NCBI GenBank assembly: GCA_017499595.2
Contig: CM039007.1
Coordinates: 930,001 to 994,000, forward strand
DNA: 64,000 bases
From: Psilocybe cubensis
Lineage: Eukaryota
Direction: 5' to 3'
The notes below the pieces were generated by a model. That model had not been told where the DNA came from. It saw nothing but the letters and a program-made list of their open reading frames with translations, and searched no databases. Shown piece after piece: positions 62,604 to 64,000 of the stretch. The position numbers and the translations under genes are program-made. Every line of letters begins with the position of its first letter. Position 1 is the first letter of the stretch.

Positions 62604-64000
62604 CTCTCGCCCTTCCTTGATCCTTCCTTCCTCAGGCGGAGGGGATTTCAGATCCCAGACGATGACGGTGGTAGCAGACAAAGGGCTGAAGCAAGTTGAA
62701 ACGGGCACACTGCGGCGTTGTCAGCTGCTTGGACCAGTTGTCTCTGAATCTAGACCCCTTGATTGCTCGTCGTCTCTCTTTCAACAGCAATGCTAGCACC
62801 GTCAAAGGTCAACAAGCAGCACAGGACAACACAAACGGACAGAACACAGCTCACCTCGACCCTACACACCCAACGCGTTAGTCTTCGTCGCCGTCGCAGG
62901 AAACCAGAACCAATTGCAAGAACCAACAAACCCGAATCGAGCCAACGCAACCCTGTCGAATTAAATTGACACTCAGCAAAAAACTCAGAACATGTCTAGC
63001 AGTCTTCCCGGTCCATGCTCGGTCCCTGTTCTGTCCTCTTCAGTCGTTCCATCTACCCCCCTGCTTCTTCTTAGTGAACCCGAAACAGGTCCAGGGCAGA
63101 TATGTACCTATATACATACGTGCGAGTGTAGGCGAGCGTGTCCTTTGATTGGTAACCCGTTAACCCCCTTCAACCTACGCACCGTCGAATTACAGACGAC
63201 ACCTACGGCATTTGAATTTTCAAGTCTCCAATTGCAGCAATAAAAATAATAAATATCCTAAGAACATTCGCAAACGGACGTGATCATGATGTCTCTTCAT
63301 GATGAAGAAGGGAGAAGGGATGAAGTCTGAGAGGCCCGACAGGAGGACTAAGTTGAGATTCTAGGAACAGAATGACAACATCAACATCAACATCAACCTC
63401 AACTTAACATATCACATCACCACATCTCGACTCGACCTATAACAACCATGATCTATACAATCGACCATACGATCCCTCCCTCCCGCTACAGCTTCAACAC
63501 CTCGCAGTCAAAATATTAATAACAATACAGCTTACCTTACATTCCCTATCATATCTATACCACAAGTTCACAGCATCCTATCATCACCTAGAAATGGTAT
63601 CAAAAACGCCTCAAAGCCCTCAAAGCCACAAGCCTTCCTCGTCTTTACCTGTCGTCAATGCAGCTCGAGGATTTCTTCAAATATCATACCTTACCTCGAT
63701 CGATCTAGAATTTGGATCCCACATTGATCACGAAAATGATAAATGAACAACTTACGAAAGGTTCGAAGTCCTTCAAAGTTTAGTCACCAAATTTCAAGCT
63801 TCGCCACGCCGTTCACAGCTCATGATCACATCTCACTTACCCAGATAATCATAACTTGCATCGTCTATCACCTTATTTATTTATTACTATCAACGCGCCT
63901 CATGGGGAGAACAAGAACGAGCTGCAAAGGCCACTTTTGAGCTTTCAAGTTTTTCGATTTTCAATTTTCAGCTTTCAGTTTGAAGGCTAGACTGGCATTC

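Overview
Eukaryotic, intron-rich (introns mostly 50-80 nt) fungal DNA, most consistent with an agaricomycete (mushroom-forming basidiomycete); this placement is inferred from intron style and gene content. About 20 gene models can be spliced by eye. Recognisable genes: an MFS transporter, a class I hydrophobin, a mitochondrial 2-oxodicarboxylate carrier (ODC) with 5- and 7-nt microexons, SRP9/SRP21, VPS36 (ESCRT-II), a rhodanese-domain protein, an FMP46/DUF1687-like redoxin and a membrane-anchored cupredoxin. Two things stand out. (1) An accessory island at ~27-38.6 kb: a ~0.85-kb inverted duplication of a small unknown-family gene (plus a truncated third copy) encloses captured gene fragments and three of four tandem zf-MYND paralogs, two of which are frameshifted just before the same conserved C-terminal motif. 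(2) One ~14.3-kb minus-strand gene (53478-39187, roughly 4,600 aa) joins an Msb1/Mug8 RhoGAP-like head to a giant acidic tail built from EETPAV hexapeptide repeats. No rRNA, tRNA, CRISPR or intact transposase was recognised. Family calls come from motif recognition only; no database search was run.
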